Shown here: in pieces, positions 1-8,593 of the stretch
How the letters are laid out: every line of letters starts with the position of its first letter
Position numbering within the stretch: position 1 is the stretch's first letter
Source of the DNA: a virus
DNA: 64,000 nt
IMG/VR virus record: IMGVR_UViG_3300018469_000001
Span: 1-64,000 of that record
Reading direction: 5' to 3' (one strand)
The notes under the pieces: generated by a model
Databases searched by the model: none
The model's input: only the letters and a program-made list of their open reading frames with translations
What the model was told of the DNA's origin: nothing
Position numbers and translations under genes: made by a program

Positions 1-1
1 C

Positions 2-856
2 ACCAGCCAGGTCGCGTTCGCCGACGGCAGCGGCACCCGCACCGTCTGGCTGCGCGCCGAGCGGCGGGTGATCAACCGCGGTTTTGTGTGGTACTCCGGC
101 GGCAGCAACATCGCGATGGCGCACTCGGCCAACGCCGGCGCGACCCGCATCGACCGGGGTGTCCTGCGGGTGGACCGGTCCGCGGAGACGGTCACCGAGG
201 AAATCGTCACCGGCACGCCGGGGTCGGGTCAGCCGCCTGCGCTGACCAACAACGCCGGCCCGGGTACCGGCGTGTGGGAGTTCCCCTTGTACCGGGTGAC
301 CGTGGTCAACGGGGCGACGACGTTCGCCGACGAGGATGTGGTGCCCGAAGGCTGGTACGTGGGCGGCAACCCGATCGTTGTGGACGTGTCTTCCCGGCTG
401 CCGACCGCCGGGACGTCGCATATGCCGCCGGCCGGCACCATGTGTTACGTCACCAGCGAAGAGCGGATCCTGCTGTCCACCGGCACCGACTACCAGGAGA
501 TCCAGTCCGACACGGGCTGGCTGGCCATCCCGTTGCAGGCAGGTTGGGGTGTCGACGGGTTCTCCGTCGCCCAGTACCGCAAAAAGAACGGGATCGTGTA
601 CGTCACCGCCGGGTTCAGGCGCACCGGGGCGAGCCTGCCTGCGGGCGCCGCCTCCGCTATCGCCCTGCTGCCGTCGGGGTTCTGGCCGGCCCACGCCATG
701 CGGATGGGGGCGGTCATCAACCAGGCCGGATACGACAACGTGATCGGCGCGGTCGCCACCAACGGAGGCATCGGCATCAGCGAATACGCCGTGACGATCC
801 AGTCCGGCAAATGGCTGTACTTTCCGCCGATCAGCTATCCGGTGGTCACGAGCTGA
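2..856 (+). CDS. minor tail / tail-fibre-like protein (5-prime partial, open to window edge)
   Basis: Frame of ORF 68..856 stays open back to nt 2 (TSQVAFADGSGTRTVWLRAERR...). Gly/Thr/Val-rich beta-type composition. First of a same-strand run that ends in the endolysin. Confidence 0.55.
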   Translation, partial: TSQVAFADGSGTRTVWLRAERRVINRGFVWYSGGSNIAMAHSANAGATRIDRGVLRVDRSAETVTEEIVTGTPGSGQPPALTNNAGPGTGVWEFPLYRVTVVNGATTFADEDVVPEGWYVGGNPIVVDVSSRLPTAGTSHMPPAGTMCYVTSEERILLSTGTDYQEIQSDTGWLAIPLQAGWGVDGFSVAQYRKKNGIVYVTAGFRRTGASLPAGAASAIALLPSGFWPAHAMRMGAVINQAGYDNVIGAVATNGGIGISEYAVTIQSGKWLYFPPISYPVVTS

Positions 857-926
857 CCCGAGTTTTTCCAAGAGGTCCGGCGCTACGCGTCCGGGCCTTT
901 CGCATGTGTAGAGGGGGGAGGACGCC

Positions 927-2123
927 ATGGCCCGTCACCTGTTCGGCGACAGCCTGGCCGATTGGGCGTTCACAGAGGTCGACGGAGTCGACAGGACCGA
1001 CGACCTGGTCCAGGTCGCGCCGGCGGCGACGATCACGATGTGGAACGCCCGTACCGGCGGCACGCAGATCACCGACCTGGAGGACACCACCGGCTCGGCC
1101 ATCGACCATGTGATCACCAGTGACGGGTCGGACGGCCGGGCGGCCGGGTCGATCCCGGCGTTCTACGGCGACGACGACCGGTGGGTGGCGTGGGCGTCGG
1201 CGGACGGCGGCCCGCGGGTGTTGATGGTGTCCTCGGAGGTCGGCTCGCTGCTGGGCCCGCTGGTCGACACCATCAACCTGACCTTGACCGCGCACCAGGG
1301 CGGCGCCAACCCGCACGGCACCGACACCCGCGACCTGGTCGACTTCTCCCCCACGACGCCCACCGCCGGGCAGGTCCCGATGTTCGACGGGTCGGTGTAC
1401 GTGCCGGCCACTGTGGAGGGCCTCGACCCGGGGCAGTTCGTGTCGGTCGACGGCGGCAGCACGATCACCATCCCGGAAGGCAACGTCGACACCCGGGCGT
1501 TGCAGGTCCGCATCCCGTCCGGGGACCGGTCGGGTGCGGTCAACACGATCTCGATCTATTGGAACAGCGGCAGCAGTGGCGCGCCGGTGTGGGTGGAGAC
1601 GTTCCGGGTCGGCCCGTCCGGTGAGCTGATCTTGCAACCGTCGGCGATCGGCAAGGTGCCGTTGGAGGTGCGGCAGTTCTCCGGCTCCCAGTCGGCGAAC
1701 CTGACCACTTGGGCGACCTCGGCCGGCGTGTCGATCTCCTATGTGGACAGTGCCGGGCGGGTGCGGGCACCGAACCTGGGCATCACGCCGTCCTGGTCGA
1801 TCGACACCGCCACCGTCGTGACCGGCGAGTACCGCTGGTACAACCTGACCGGGACCACGTTGCAGTTGCGCGGGTTCCTCGCCTCGGCGGGCGGGCAGGT
1901 CCCGACCGGATCAAGCCTGATCATCAACCCGAAACTGGACGGCGTCGCCGTCTACTCATCGCCCAACCGGCCCACCATCGCCGCCGGCGGCCGGTCGTCC
2001 GGTCTGGCCGCGTCTTTGGCGACCACGGCGTGGCCGGCCTTGTCCTACCTGACCGTGGACGTGGATCAGGTCGGGTCGACGCTGGCCGGAACGAAGATCC
2101 ACATTCAGGGCTTGGCGTACTGA
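927..2123 (+). CDS. putative tail fibre / minor tail protein
   Basis: 398-aa ORF with RBS gaggggggagga just upstream of the ATG. Gly/Ser/Thr/Val-rich with no enzymatic motif. Lies within the tail module. Confidence 0.6.
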   Translation: MARHLFGDSLADWAFTEVDGVDRTDDLVQVAPAATITMWNARTGGTQITDLEDTTGSAIDHVITSDGSDGRAAGSIPAFYGDDDRWVAWASADGGPRVLMVSSEVGSLLGPLVDTINLTLTAHQGGANPHGTDTRDLVDFSPTTPTAGQVPMFDGSVYVPATVEGLDPGQFVSVDGGSTITIPEGNVDTRALQVRIPSGDRSGAVNTISIYWNSGSSGAPVWVETFRVGPSGELILQPSAIGKVPLEVRQFSGSQSANLTTWATSAGVSISYVDSAGRVRAPNLGITPSWSIDTATVVTGEYRWYNLTGTTLQLRGFLASAGGQVPTGSSLIINPKLDGVAVYSSPNRPTIAAGGRSSGLAASLATTAWPALSYLTVDVDQVGSTLAGTKIHIQGLAY

Positions 2124-2148
2124 CCGACCGACCCGGGGAGGGTGCGCC

Positions 2149-3711
2149 ATGGTCGCCATGGGTTACGCGCAGGGCGGAGTAGCAGGGGTCTCGGATTGGC
2201 CGTCGATGTACGCGGCCTATCCCGACCCGAGCTGTGTCCGCATTTTCATCAGCACCGGCAACGACCTGCCGGCCTGGTCGTCGCCGTCGTGGAACGTCCA
2301 CCCCAACGACACCAGGCTCATCATTTCGTGGAAGACGTGGCCTTTCGACCTGGCCGACTGGCTCGACGACCTGCCGGTCGCCCGGCAGGGAAAGGTCTAC
2401 CTGTGCTGGCACCACGAGCCCGAGCAGGACATGACCGCGACCGCTTTCAAGACGACGTTCGACGCGGTCCTCAACTCGATCGACGGACACACCAACCGGG
2501 CACACATCAAGGTCGGCCCCATTCTCACATCGGCGTGGCAATACCAGAATGGCAACGGCGCAAATTGGCCTGACTGGTGGTCGGCCACCATGATGTCCAA
2601 ATGCGATTTTAACGGCTGGGATGTTTATAACAGGGCGGGAATTGTTCCGTCAGACTATCCGCCGCCGCTTTCCCCGGACCATTCGTACGGCATTACGCTG
2701 AAACTGCCCGTCCAGTCGTCGAACATCCTCGAGCTGCCGTGGCTGATCGGCGAATGGGGAAGCCGCCGCACCGCAGCCGACACCACCGGCGCAGGCGCGG
2801 TCGCCTGGATGCGGTCCTGGGCTGAGTGCATGGAAGACGAGGCGTGCGAGCTGGCCGCCTGGTGGCACGACTCCGGCAACGACCTGCTCGATTTGAACCG
2901 CACCGCCGAAATCGCCGAGCTTCAATTCCAGGTGGCCAACTTCACCACCCCCGGCACGTTCCCGCCCGCCGGGAGCGGCGGAGGCGGAGGTGAGCCCGCC
3001 GAGATCGAGTTTGTCAACGATGGCCAGAACATGAACACCTCGGCGGCCACCGCGCTGCCGGTGGATGCCCCGGCCGGCATCGAGGACGGCGACCGGCTGG
3101 TGTCGTTCTTCGCCTGGTTGTCGACCATCGTCACCGCCACCAGCCCGGCCACCTTCACCCAGCTCAACGCGGACGAGCCCGACGGCACCAACCTGACCGC
3201 CCGCATCCTGCATCGTGAGGCCGGCGGCGAGCCGTCGTCGTATGCGTTCGGGGTGTCCTCGGCGGTCAAAAACGCGGCGTGGGTGGGGGCGTACCGCAAC
3301 GTCGACCCCGTCGATCCGATCTACGACTCGGGGATCGCAGACGGGGCGTCGGCAACCTCGCACGTAACCCCGGCCGTGGACGTCCCGGACGGCGGCTGGC
3401 TGGTGTACGGGGTGGTCACCCGGCACAGCCCGGGCGGTGCGGGCACGACCACATTCAGCAGCTCCGGCACCGCTCCGCAGGAACGCTACGAGGCGTCCAG
3501 CAACAGCGGGTCGGCGGACATTTCCATCGCCGTGTACGACTCAGGGGCGCCGCTGGACGCGGCCACCGGCGTGACCCGCACCATCACCAGTTCCCGGTCG
3601 GTCGGCAACGTCGTCACGTTCGCGATCGCGCTGAAACCGGCCGAGGCGCCGCCCGGTGGCGGCGGAGGCGGGGCGACCACCGTGCCCACGCCCGGCTGCC
3701 CGGTGGCCTAG
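2149..3711 (+). CDS. tail-associated glycoside hydrolase (clan GH-A-like barrel) with beta-rich C-terminal domain
   Basis: N-terminal ~260 aa carries acid/base-like CWHHEPE and nucleophile-like LIGEWG. A GSGGGGGE linker leads to a beta-rich domain ending in a GGGGGG tail. RBS ggggagg upstream. Confidence 0.65.
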   Translation: MVAMGYAQGGVAGVSDWPSMYAAYPDPSCVRIFISTGNDLPAWSSPSWNVHPNDTRLIISWKTWPFDLADWLDDLPVARQGKVYLCWHHEPEQDMTATAFKTTFDAVLNSIDGHTNRAHIKVGPILTSAWQYQNGNGANWPDWWSATMMSKCDFNGWDVYNRAGIVPSDYPPPLSPDHSYGITLKLPVQSSNILELPWLIGEWGSRRTAADTTGAGAVAWMRSWAECMEDEACELAAWWHDSGNDLLDLNRTAEIAELQFQVANFTTPGTFPPAGSGGGGGEPAEIEFVNDGQNMNTSAATALPVDAPAGIEDGDRLVSFFAWLSTIVTATSPATFTQLNADEPDGTNLTARILHREAGGEPSSYAFGVSSAVKNAAWVGAYRNVDPVDPIYDSGIADGASATSHVTPAVDVPDGGWLVYGVVTRHSPGGAGTTTFSSSGTAPQERYEASSNSGSADISIAVYDSGAPLDAATGVTRTITSSRSVGNVVTFAIALKPAEAPPGGGGGGATTVPTPGCPVA

Positions 3712-4022
3712 GCCACCGTCTGCGACGGCCACGGGTGCGGGGGCAGGTCGGATCCGGATTCCCACCCTCCGGACATCAGCATCCGCGTCCGCGGCGGCTC
3801 AGACGGGTCCGGCACGGCGGCGGCGGCGAGCTGGGCGACCAGTTGCGACCACGGGCCGCCCGGGCGGCGGCCGCTGACTGTGGCGTACGCGGCGGCCCGG
3901 GCGATCACCAGCATCTCGTCCAGCTCGTGCCGCTCGTAGCCGTCCTTGAGGGCGGCGACGACCGGGTCGAGGTCATCGCCGGGATGCGGCGTTGGGTCCG
4001 GCCACGACAGTTCTCTCGCCAT
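3708..4022 (-). CDS. hypothetical protein (reverse-oriented small gene between tail and lysis genes)
   Basis: Only ORF with consistent G/C third-position bias covering the 3712-4105 gap. No clear RBS and no recognisable motif. Confidence 0.4.
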   Translation of the reverse strand: MARELSWPDPTPHPGDDLDPVVAALKDGYERHELDEMLVIARAAAYATVSGRRPGGPWSQLVAQLAAAAVPDPSEPPRTRMLMSGGWESGSDLPPHPWPSQTVA

Positions 4023-4105
4023 GCCGGCAGGCTACCGCGCCTGCCGGCCCGTTCCGGCCGTCCAGCAGCACGCTGGCGGCGTCATCCAGGAGGGAGGCCG
4101 CGCCG

Positions 4106-5173
4106 ATGAAGGTGCCCGGGATCGTGTACGTGCAGGGCCGCAACGACTACCCCGACCACGACGGCCGCAAGTACGGCATAGCGATCCACAACACCAGCAA
4201 CAACGCGTCCGACACCGGCGAGGCGTCGTATGCCAGCCGGCGCACCGACGGCGTCTCGTCGCACTTCTACGCCGATCGCGACTCGGTCACGCAGTCGATC
4301 GACACCGAGGACCGGGTCGGGCATGCCGGCTCGGCGGAGGGCAACGGCAACGCGATCGCGGTGGAGATCACCGGAGGGAACGCCAAGACCCGCGGCTGGT
4401 GGCTGGAAAACGTGGCCTGGGCGAAGCTCGGCTCCGTGCTCGCCTACGTGATCAAGACTGATCCGGACTTCCGCGGTTTCCAGGTCCGCCGCGCGTCGGT
4501 CGCGGAAATGCGAAGCAACCCCAAGGTCAAAGCCTTTTACAGCCACGACGACATGCGCCGGGCGTGGGGCGGCACCGACCACACCGACCCCGGCCCCAAC
4601 TTCCCCTGGGACCGGCTCTTCCAGGCGGTCAACGCCGCGCTGGGCGGCACCGAGACGGAGGACGACGACATGCTGAGCCCCGAAGCCCGCGCCGCTGTGC
4701 GCGCCGAATGCATCGCCGCGCTGGAGACCATCCGCCCCTATCAGGCCGGCGGGCCGCGGGCGAGGTTGAAGGACCCCGACCGGCATCCGCCCAAAGGATG
4801 GGGCGACCAGTCGCTGCGCATGGAGGGCGACTACGTGTTCGAGGGCGCGCTCAACACGGCGAAGGGGCTGGCCGAGGTGAAGCTCGGCCAGAAAGCGGTC
4901 CTCGCCGCGATCGACGGCATCGACCAGGACGGCGTGATGGCCCGGGTGGAGGAGCTGGCCGCCGTCGAGGCCGAACGCGACGCCACCACCCGGCTGGAGG
5001 AGGCCGCCCGGTGGGCTGAGCTGCTGGACCTGCTCGACCGGTCCGAAGGTGCGGCCGCCGACGAGGTTGTGCGGCTGATCCGGGTCAAGCTGGCCGCATG
5101 GGCCGGCGACGGCGGCCAGGGCGACACGCCCGAGACGACGGACGATGCAGCAACGCCGGGGACGGGATCTTAG
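4106..5173 (+). CDS. endolysin, N-acetylmuramoyl-L-alanine amidase (Amidase_2/PGRP type) with coiled-coil C-terminus
   Basis: ATG 4106 is preceded by aggagggagg. IAIHNTSN..SSHFYADRD..GHAGS..NAIAVEI..HTDPGPNFPWD fits the Zn-amidase_2 signature. The longer start at 3992 was rejected. Confidence 0.85.
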   Translation: MKVPGIVYVQGRNDYPDHDGRKYGIAIHNTSNNASDTGEASYASRRTDGVSSHFYADRDSVTQSIDTEDRVGHAGSAEGNGNAIAVEITGGNAKTRGWWLENVAWAKLGSVLAYVIKTDPDFRGFQVRRASVAEMRSNPKVKAFYSHDDMRRAWGGTDHTDPGPNFPWDRLFQAVNAALGGTETEDDDMLSPEARAAVRAECIAALETIRPYQAGGPRARLKDPDRHPPKGWGDQSLRMEGDYVFEGALNTAKGLAEVKLGQKAVLAAIDGIDQDGVMARVEELAAVEAERDATTRLEEAARWAELLDLLDRSEGAAADEVVRLIRVKLAAWAGDGGQGDTPETTDDAATPGTGS

Positions 5174-5740
5174 CCCAGCCTGGGGGCGGCCGAGCAGGTC
5201 TGACAATTCAGTGACCGGACAGAAAGCTGGGCACGGATGGCCCGTACGGGTGATCCGCGCGGTTGTACCATCGGGCAACTTCGTCCGGCTAGATTTTTCG
5301 CACCGTACGAGCATTCCGGCGATGCCCGAAATCGGTCACATTCTGCGCGCTTTGCGCGCCGCGGCCCGCCTGGCGGGTCGACTCGATGGGCTCCACTCCA
5401 CGGGGGTGGCAGCGAAGCCGGCGGGGGACCAGGGGTTCACAGCGCGCGGCAAGCACGGCCCGGGACTCCCCCACCGACTCGCTGTTCGCAGTCCGGCCAG
5501 ATGGTCGGCTGCAACGGGGGGCGGGGGCGACCCGGCTCGCGGCCGGGTCGTCCCTCGCGCCGGGATGCGTAACGGTCCAGGGCGCAGGCAGGGTGCGCGC
5601 CACAGCAGCGCGCCTAGATAGTGTCGTGCGTCGATGCCTCGGTTCGATGGGGGCACGATACCCGGCGGCAGGCCAGATCGGTGTTTCGGGCCGGTTACCG
5701 AGCGGGAGCCGCCGGTAAGGTCAGGTCCGGCAGGAGAGAA

Positions 5741-5816
5741 GACAGCGGGGTGTCCCGCGCGGTGACCGTCGTTTCCGGGTAGGGGCGACGGTCACCGCGC
5801 GGGACACCCCGCTGTC
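5741..5816. terminator. bidirectional hairpin terminator (perfect 31-bp arms, 14-nt loop)
   Basis: gacagcggggtgtcccgcgcggtgaccgtcg (5741-5771) is the exact reverse complement of 5786-5816. Sits between the convergent endolysin region and the leftward operon. T-rich flanks on both strands. Confidence 0.8.
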
Positions 5817-5823
5817 TCGTGTT

Positions 5824-6507
5824 TCAGCCGGACAGGGCGGCGACATCGTCGGGCGGACGCACCTGTATCCGCGCGCAGGGGTCGCCGGTGACCACGCTCG
5901 GGCGGTGGATGATCACGCCGAGGTATCCGTGGCGGTGCAACGCGGCCTCGACCGCGTCGGCGACCTGATAGCCGGCCAGGTCGCGGATCAGGATCATTTC
6001 CGGGGCGGTCGGGTCCTGCCCGACCAGCGGCGTGTACGACCCGGCGCCCAGGTGCCGCTTGACGGTGACGGTGGCGATCCGCTGGACCGCCTCGACATGC
6101 AGGCCGAGCAGCGTGCGGGCGACGTCGACCGCACCGGCCGGCACACCCCGCAGCACCGTCGCCTCGACGAACGCGTCGATCGTCTCGCATGGCCCTTCGC
6201 AGAGGGCGTCGCCGCAGGCACAGCAGTCGCATGCGCAGTGGCAGTGCTGCGGGCCGAGGTCGTCGACGTCGGCCTGGCAGGCACCGTGGCAGAAGTCGCA
6301 GCCCGGATCCGGCTGGCCGCTGCCGGGCAGGATTCTGTGGATGGGCAGCACCGCCCGGACGGCGCGGGCGAGTTCGCCGTCGTCGCCGCCGGTGCGGGCG
6401 TACATCAGCCGCAACGCGTCGAACTGGCTGAGGTGGTTGTCCGGGTGCCTGCGCGGGTCGAGCAGCACCATCGGGTCGTGGCCGGTCATCGGGTCGTGGC
6501 CGGTCAT
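5824..6507 (-). CDS. Cys-rich hypothetical protein (last gene of leftward operon)
   Basis: 227 aa with the cluster CDFCHGACQ..HCHCACDCCACGDALCEGPC. ATGA overlap with the upstream stop. The first 18 nt are tandemly duplicated (MTGHDPMTGHDP). Confidence 0.6.
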   Translation of the reverse strand: MTGHDPMTGHDPMVLLDPRRHPDNHLSQFDALRLMYARTGGDDGELARAVRAVLPIHRILPGSGQPDPGCDFCHGACQADVDDLGPQHCHCACDCCACGDALCEGPCETIDAFVEATVLRGVPAGAVDVARTLLGLHVEAVQRIATVTVKRHLGAGSYTPLVGQDPTAPEMILIRDLAGYQVADAVEAALHRHGYLGVIIHRPSVVTGDPCARIQVRPPDDVAALSG

Positions 6508-6908
6508 CGCGGGGCTCCGTCCTGGGCGCCGTCACCGGCGGGCTGGCCGACGTTGATGAGGACCAGGCCGCGGATGGCCAACGCGGCGAGCAGCGCGTCG
6601 GCGTCGGCGTCGCTGATTCCGAGCATCTCGCACACGGTGTCGTGGGTGGCGGCGACGGAGATGTCGGGGCGGGCGTCGCCCTGGTAGTGGTGGACCACCA
6701 GCGCGGCGAGGTGCCGGGCGAGCAGCCACGCGTTGTCGGCGCTCAGGTGGGCTCTTCCCGTGGTGGCGGTGGACTTCACCCAGATGTGCGGGCCAGACGC
6801 TGCCGACGACTCGTACGCGGACACGGCGCCGTCGTACTGGCTGGGTATGGGCGGGTAGGCGGTGAAGCCTGCGCTTCGCGTGAAGGCGCCCAGGTCGTTG
6901 TTGGTCAT
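6504..6908 (-). CDS. hypothetical protein
   Basis: Start taken at MTNNDLGAF (ATG 6908), which overlaps the upstream stop (ATGA). The Arg-rich N-terminal extension of track ORF 6504..6992 was rejected. Confidence 0.55.
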   Translation of the reverse strand: MTNNDLGAFTRSAGFTAYPPIPSQYDGAVSAYESSAASGPHIWVKSTATTGRAHLSADNAWLLARHLAALVVHHYQGDARPDISVAATHDTVCEMLGISDADADALLAALAIRGLVLINVGQPAGDGAQDGAPR

Positions 6909-7324
6909 CGCTGATCGTCTCCGGGCTCGGTGGGGCACGGGTTGATGATGCACGCGGTGCGCAGGGACCGGCCGGCGTCGTTGAGGAGCCACTCCAGATC
7001 GTTGACCCGCTTGCCCCCCTCGGCGTACTCGACGTCGTACAGGACGGGATCGCTCAGCTTGCCCAGCTCGGCGGTGGCCCGGTCGACGGCGGCGACGGCT
7101 GCGGACAGGGCGGCGGTCAACGCGACACGGTGCCGGATGATCTGCCGCTCGTCCTCGATCATCGTCAGCGCCTCGGTCACCAGGTCGTACGCGCGGGCCC
7201 GGTTGCCGAGCTGCGCGCCGAGCTTCTCGGCGACCTGGTCGGGCTGGTGCTTCCCGCCGCGCAGGTAGTCGAAGAGGGCGACCCGGTCATCGGGGATCAG
7301 CTCGGCGGGTTTCTCGATGGGCAT
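6905..7324 (-). CDS. hypothetical protein
   Basis: Start at MPIEKPAEL (ATG 7324) with RBS aggaagga upstream. Helical, charged, protein-like sequence. The Pro/Arg-rich extension to 7699 was rejected. Confidence 0.6.
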   Translation of the reverse strand: MPIEKPAELIPDDRVALFDYLRGGKHQPDQVAEKLGAQLGNRARAYDLVTEALTMIEDERQIIRHRVALTAALSAAVAAVDRATAELGKLSDPVLYDVEYAEGGKRVNDLEWLLNDAGRSLRTACIINPCPTEPGDDQR

Positions 7325-7344
7325 CAGGGGTCCTTCCTGAGCGG

Positions 7345-7713
7345 TCAGGCGGTCCGGCGGCCGCGGGTGCGGGCCGGGATGTCGGACGGCAGGGCGTGGC
7401 GGCCCACCGCTGTGCCGGGGATGGTGCCCATGGAATCGTTGAGGCGGCGGCGGCGGCGGACCCGGGTGATGTCGTTGTCGGCCAGGGTCGGCCGCCGCGG
7501 CGGCGGGGGCGGGCTGGGCTGGGCGAAGAGTTCGGCGCGCCATTCGGAGAGCAGCCCGAACCGTTCCGCGATCGCGGCCGCGTACGGGCTGGCCGCTGCG
7601 GCGTCCTGCTCTGCGTCGGCGGCTGCGCATTCGTCGAACCACGGCTCCCCCTGGATGGCGATCCAGGGGGGCAGGTTGCCGCCGTCCCACGGCGACCATG
7701 CGTAGGTGGTCAC
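7345..7713 (-). CDS. hypothetical protein
   Basis: GTG 7713 is the only start in this frame. GC3-rich. Same strand and operon as its neighbours. Confidence 0.5.
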   Translation of the reverse strand: MTTYAWSPWDGGNLPPWIAIQGEPWFDECAAADAEQDAAAASPYAAAIAERFGLLSEWRAELFAQPSPPPPPRRPTLADNDITRVRRRRRLNDSMGTIPGTAVGRHALPSDIPARTRGRRTA

Positions 7714-7721
7714 GTCGCAGC

Positions 7722-8123
7722 CTAGAAGGGAATCGGCAGGTCGCGGGGGCTGCTGGCGGCGATCAGCGCGAACGGGTCGACGTGGCCGGTGATCGACGGG
7801 GCGGGGGTGGCCGTTCGGGCGGCCGGCCGGGTCAGCGCGGCGGGCATGGTGTCGCCGCGGCGGAGTACCTCGTCGCGTAGGACGGCCAGCCCGTAGGGGA
7901 GCAGCCAGCCGCCGGTGACCTCGCGGGCCGGGCGGCCGGCGGGGCCGGCGACGCGGTCGCGTTGGAGGCGGGCCCAGCCGCGGCGTTCGAGCATGAGCAG
8001 CGTGCCGTGGCCGGCGACGGCGCCGTCGGTGTGGTCGGGGCCGCGGTCGATGCGGTGCTGGGGGCGGTCCAGGGCGGCGAGCAGCGTGGCGTACAGGCCG
8101 TCGCGGAGGGGTTTGGTGGTCAC
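7722..8123 (-). CDS. candidate winged-helix regulator (first gene of leftward operon; possible immunity-type repressor)
   Basis: GTG 8123 with RBS gggag upstream. GTLLMLERRGWARL resembles a wHTH wing. Sits at a divergent junction facing the rightward early operon. Confidence 0.45.
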   Translation of the reverse strand: MTTKPLRDGLYATLLAALDRPQHRIDRGPDHTDGAVAGHGTLLMLERRGWARLQRDRVAGPAGRPAREVTGGWLLPYGLAVLRDEVLRRGDTMPAALTRPAARTATPAPSITGHVDPFALIAASSPRDLPIPF

Positions 8124-8188
8124 GTCGGGCTCCCGTCTCGGTGTTCCTCCGGCGGGCTGTCCGGGCCCGTCGGCGTCTCGCACCAGCG

Positions 8189-8217
8189 ACGTTACACGAC
8201 CGGCAAAAAAACCGCTA
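8189..8217 (-). promoter_or_regulatory. conserved promoter-like motif, copy F (TAGCGG-N17-TAACGT)
   Basis: Minus strand reads cctgTAGCGGtttttttgccggtcgtgTAACGT, about 60 nt upstream of GTG 8123. Shares GGTCGTGTAACGT with the other copies. Confidence 0.5.
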
Positions 8218-8315
8218 CAGGATGTGGCGCGGGTGTTGTTGCGCGGGTAAAGTAGCCGGTGGCAGGCGGTGTTGGACGCGCCGCCCGCCGCCGAGACGCA
8301 AGAGGAGAAACCACG

Positions 8316-8588
8316 ATGACGATCACCGCCGCGCCGGCTCTGCCGGCCGCTCCCGCGCTCCCCGAGACCGAGACCGGCGCCGGCGTGCTGTGCCAGCACG
8401 TCGGCTGCTGCGCCGGCGAGCCCGCCACGCCCGCACCGATGTTCCCCACCCGCACGGGTCAGGACGTCGGCGGACCGCGCCGCCCGGCGAGCTGGGGCGG
8501 CTACGGTCCCGGCGTGGCCAACCCCGACCTGCCCTGCCCCGACGGGCTCGACGACTGCTGCGGCCGCTGCGGCTGCCAGGGGGAGTGA
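8316..8588 (+). CDS. small Cys-rich protein (first gene of rightward early operon)
   Basis: ATG 8316 preceded by agaggagaaa. 90 aa with 8 Cys, including the doublets VGCCAG and CPDGLDDCCGRCGC. Confidence 0.55.
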   Translation: MTITAAPALPAAPALPETETGAGVLCQHVGCCAGEPATPAPMFPTRTGQDVGGPRRPASWGGYGPGVANPDLPCPDGLDDCCGRCGCQGE

Positions 8589-8593
8589 CCAAC

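Noticed and set aside
4082-5314. Long antisense or alternative-frame ORFs in the track. Examples: 846..1637(-), 4082..5314(-), 14049..15323(-), 28431..30212(-) beyond its last 77 codons, 30405..31814(-), 31890..33206(-), 39969..41270(-), 45495..47234(-), 55042..56421(-), and the first 587 codons of 21502..25029(+).
   Set aside because: They overlap better-supported genes on the other strand or frame. They translate to Arg/Gly/Pro/Ala-rich low-complexity sequence and lack RBS or coupling signals. They are typical high-GC artefacts.
5145-5621. ORF 5145..5621 (158 aa) as a holin or LysB downstream of the endolysin.
   Set aside because: It is Arg/Gly-rich with no TM segment, no RBS and poor codon pattern.
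5637-5660. tRNA T-arm-like ggttcgatggggg. More generally, a search for tRNA/tmRNA genes as integration targets.
   Set aside because: No matching acceptor, D or anticodon arms surround it. No other GGTTCGAnTCC-type sites lie in non-coding sequence. I could not run a tRNA scanner.
5690-5745. SRP (4.5S) RNA gene suggested by AGGTCAGGTCCGG.
   Set aside because: The loop would be GGCA rather than GNRA. The 3-prime strand lacks the conserved AGCA/GGCAG elements. The adjacent sequence instead forms the 31-bp terminator hairpin. The match is kept only as a note within the non-coding-gap finding.
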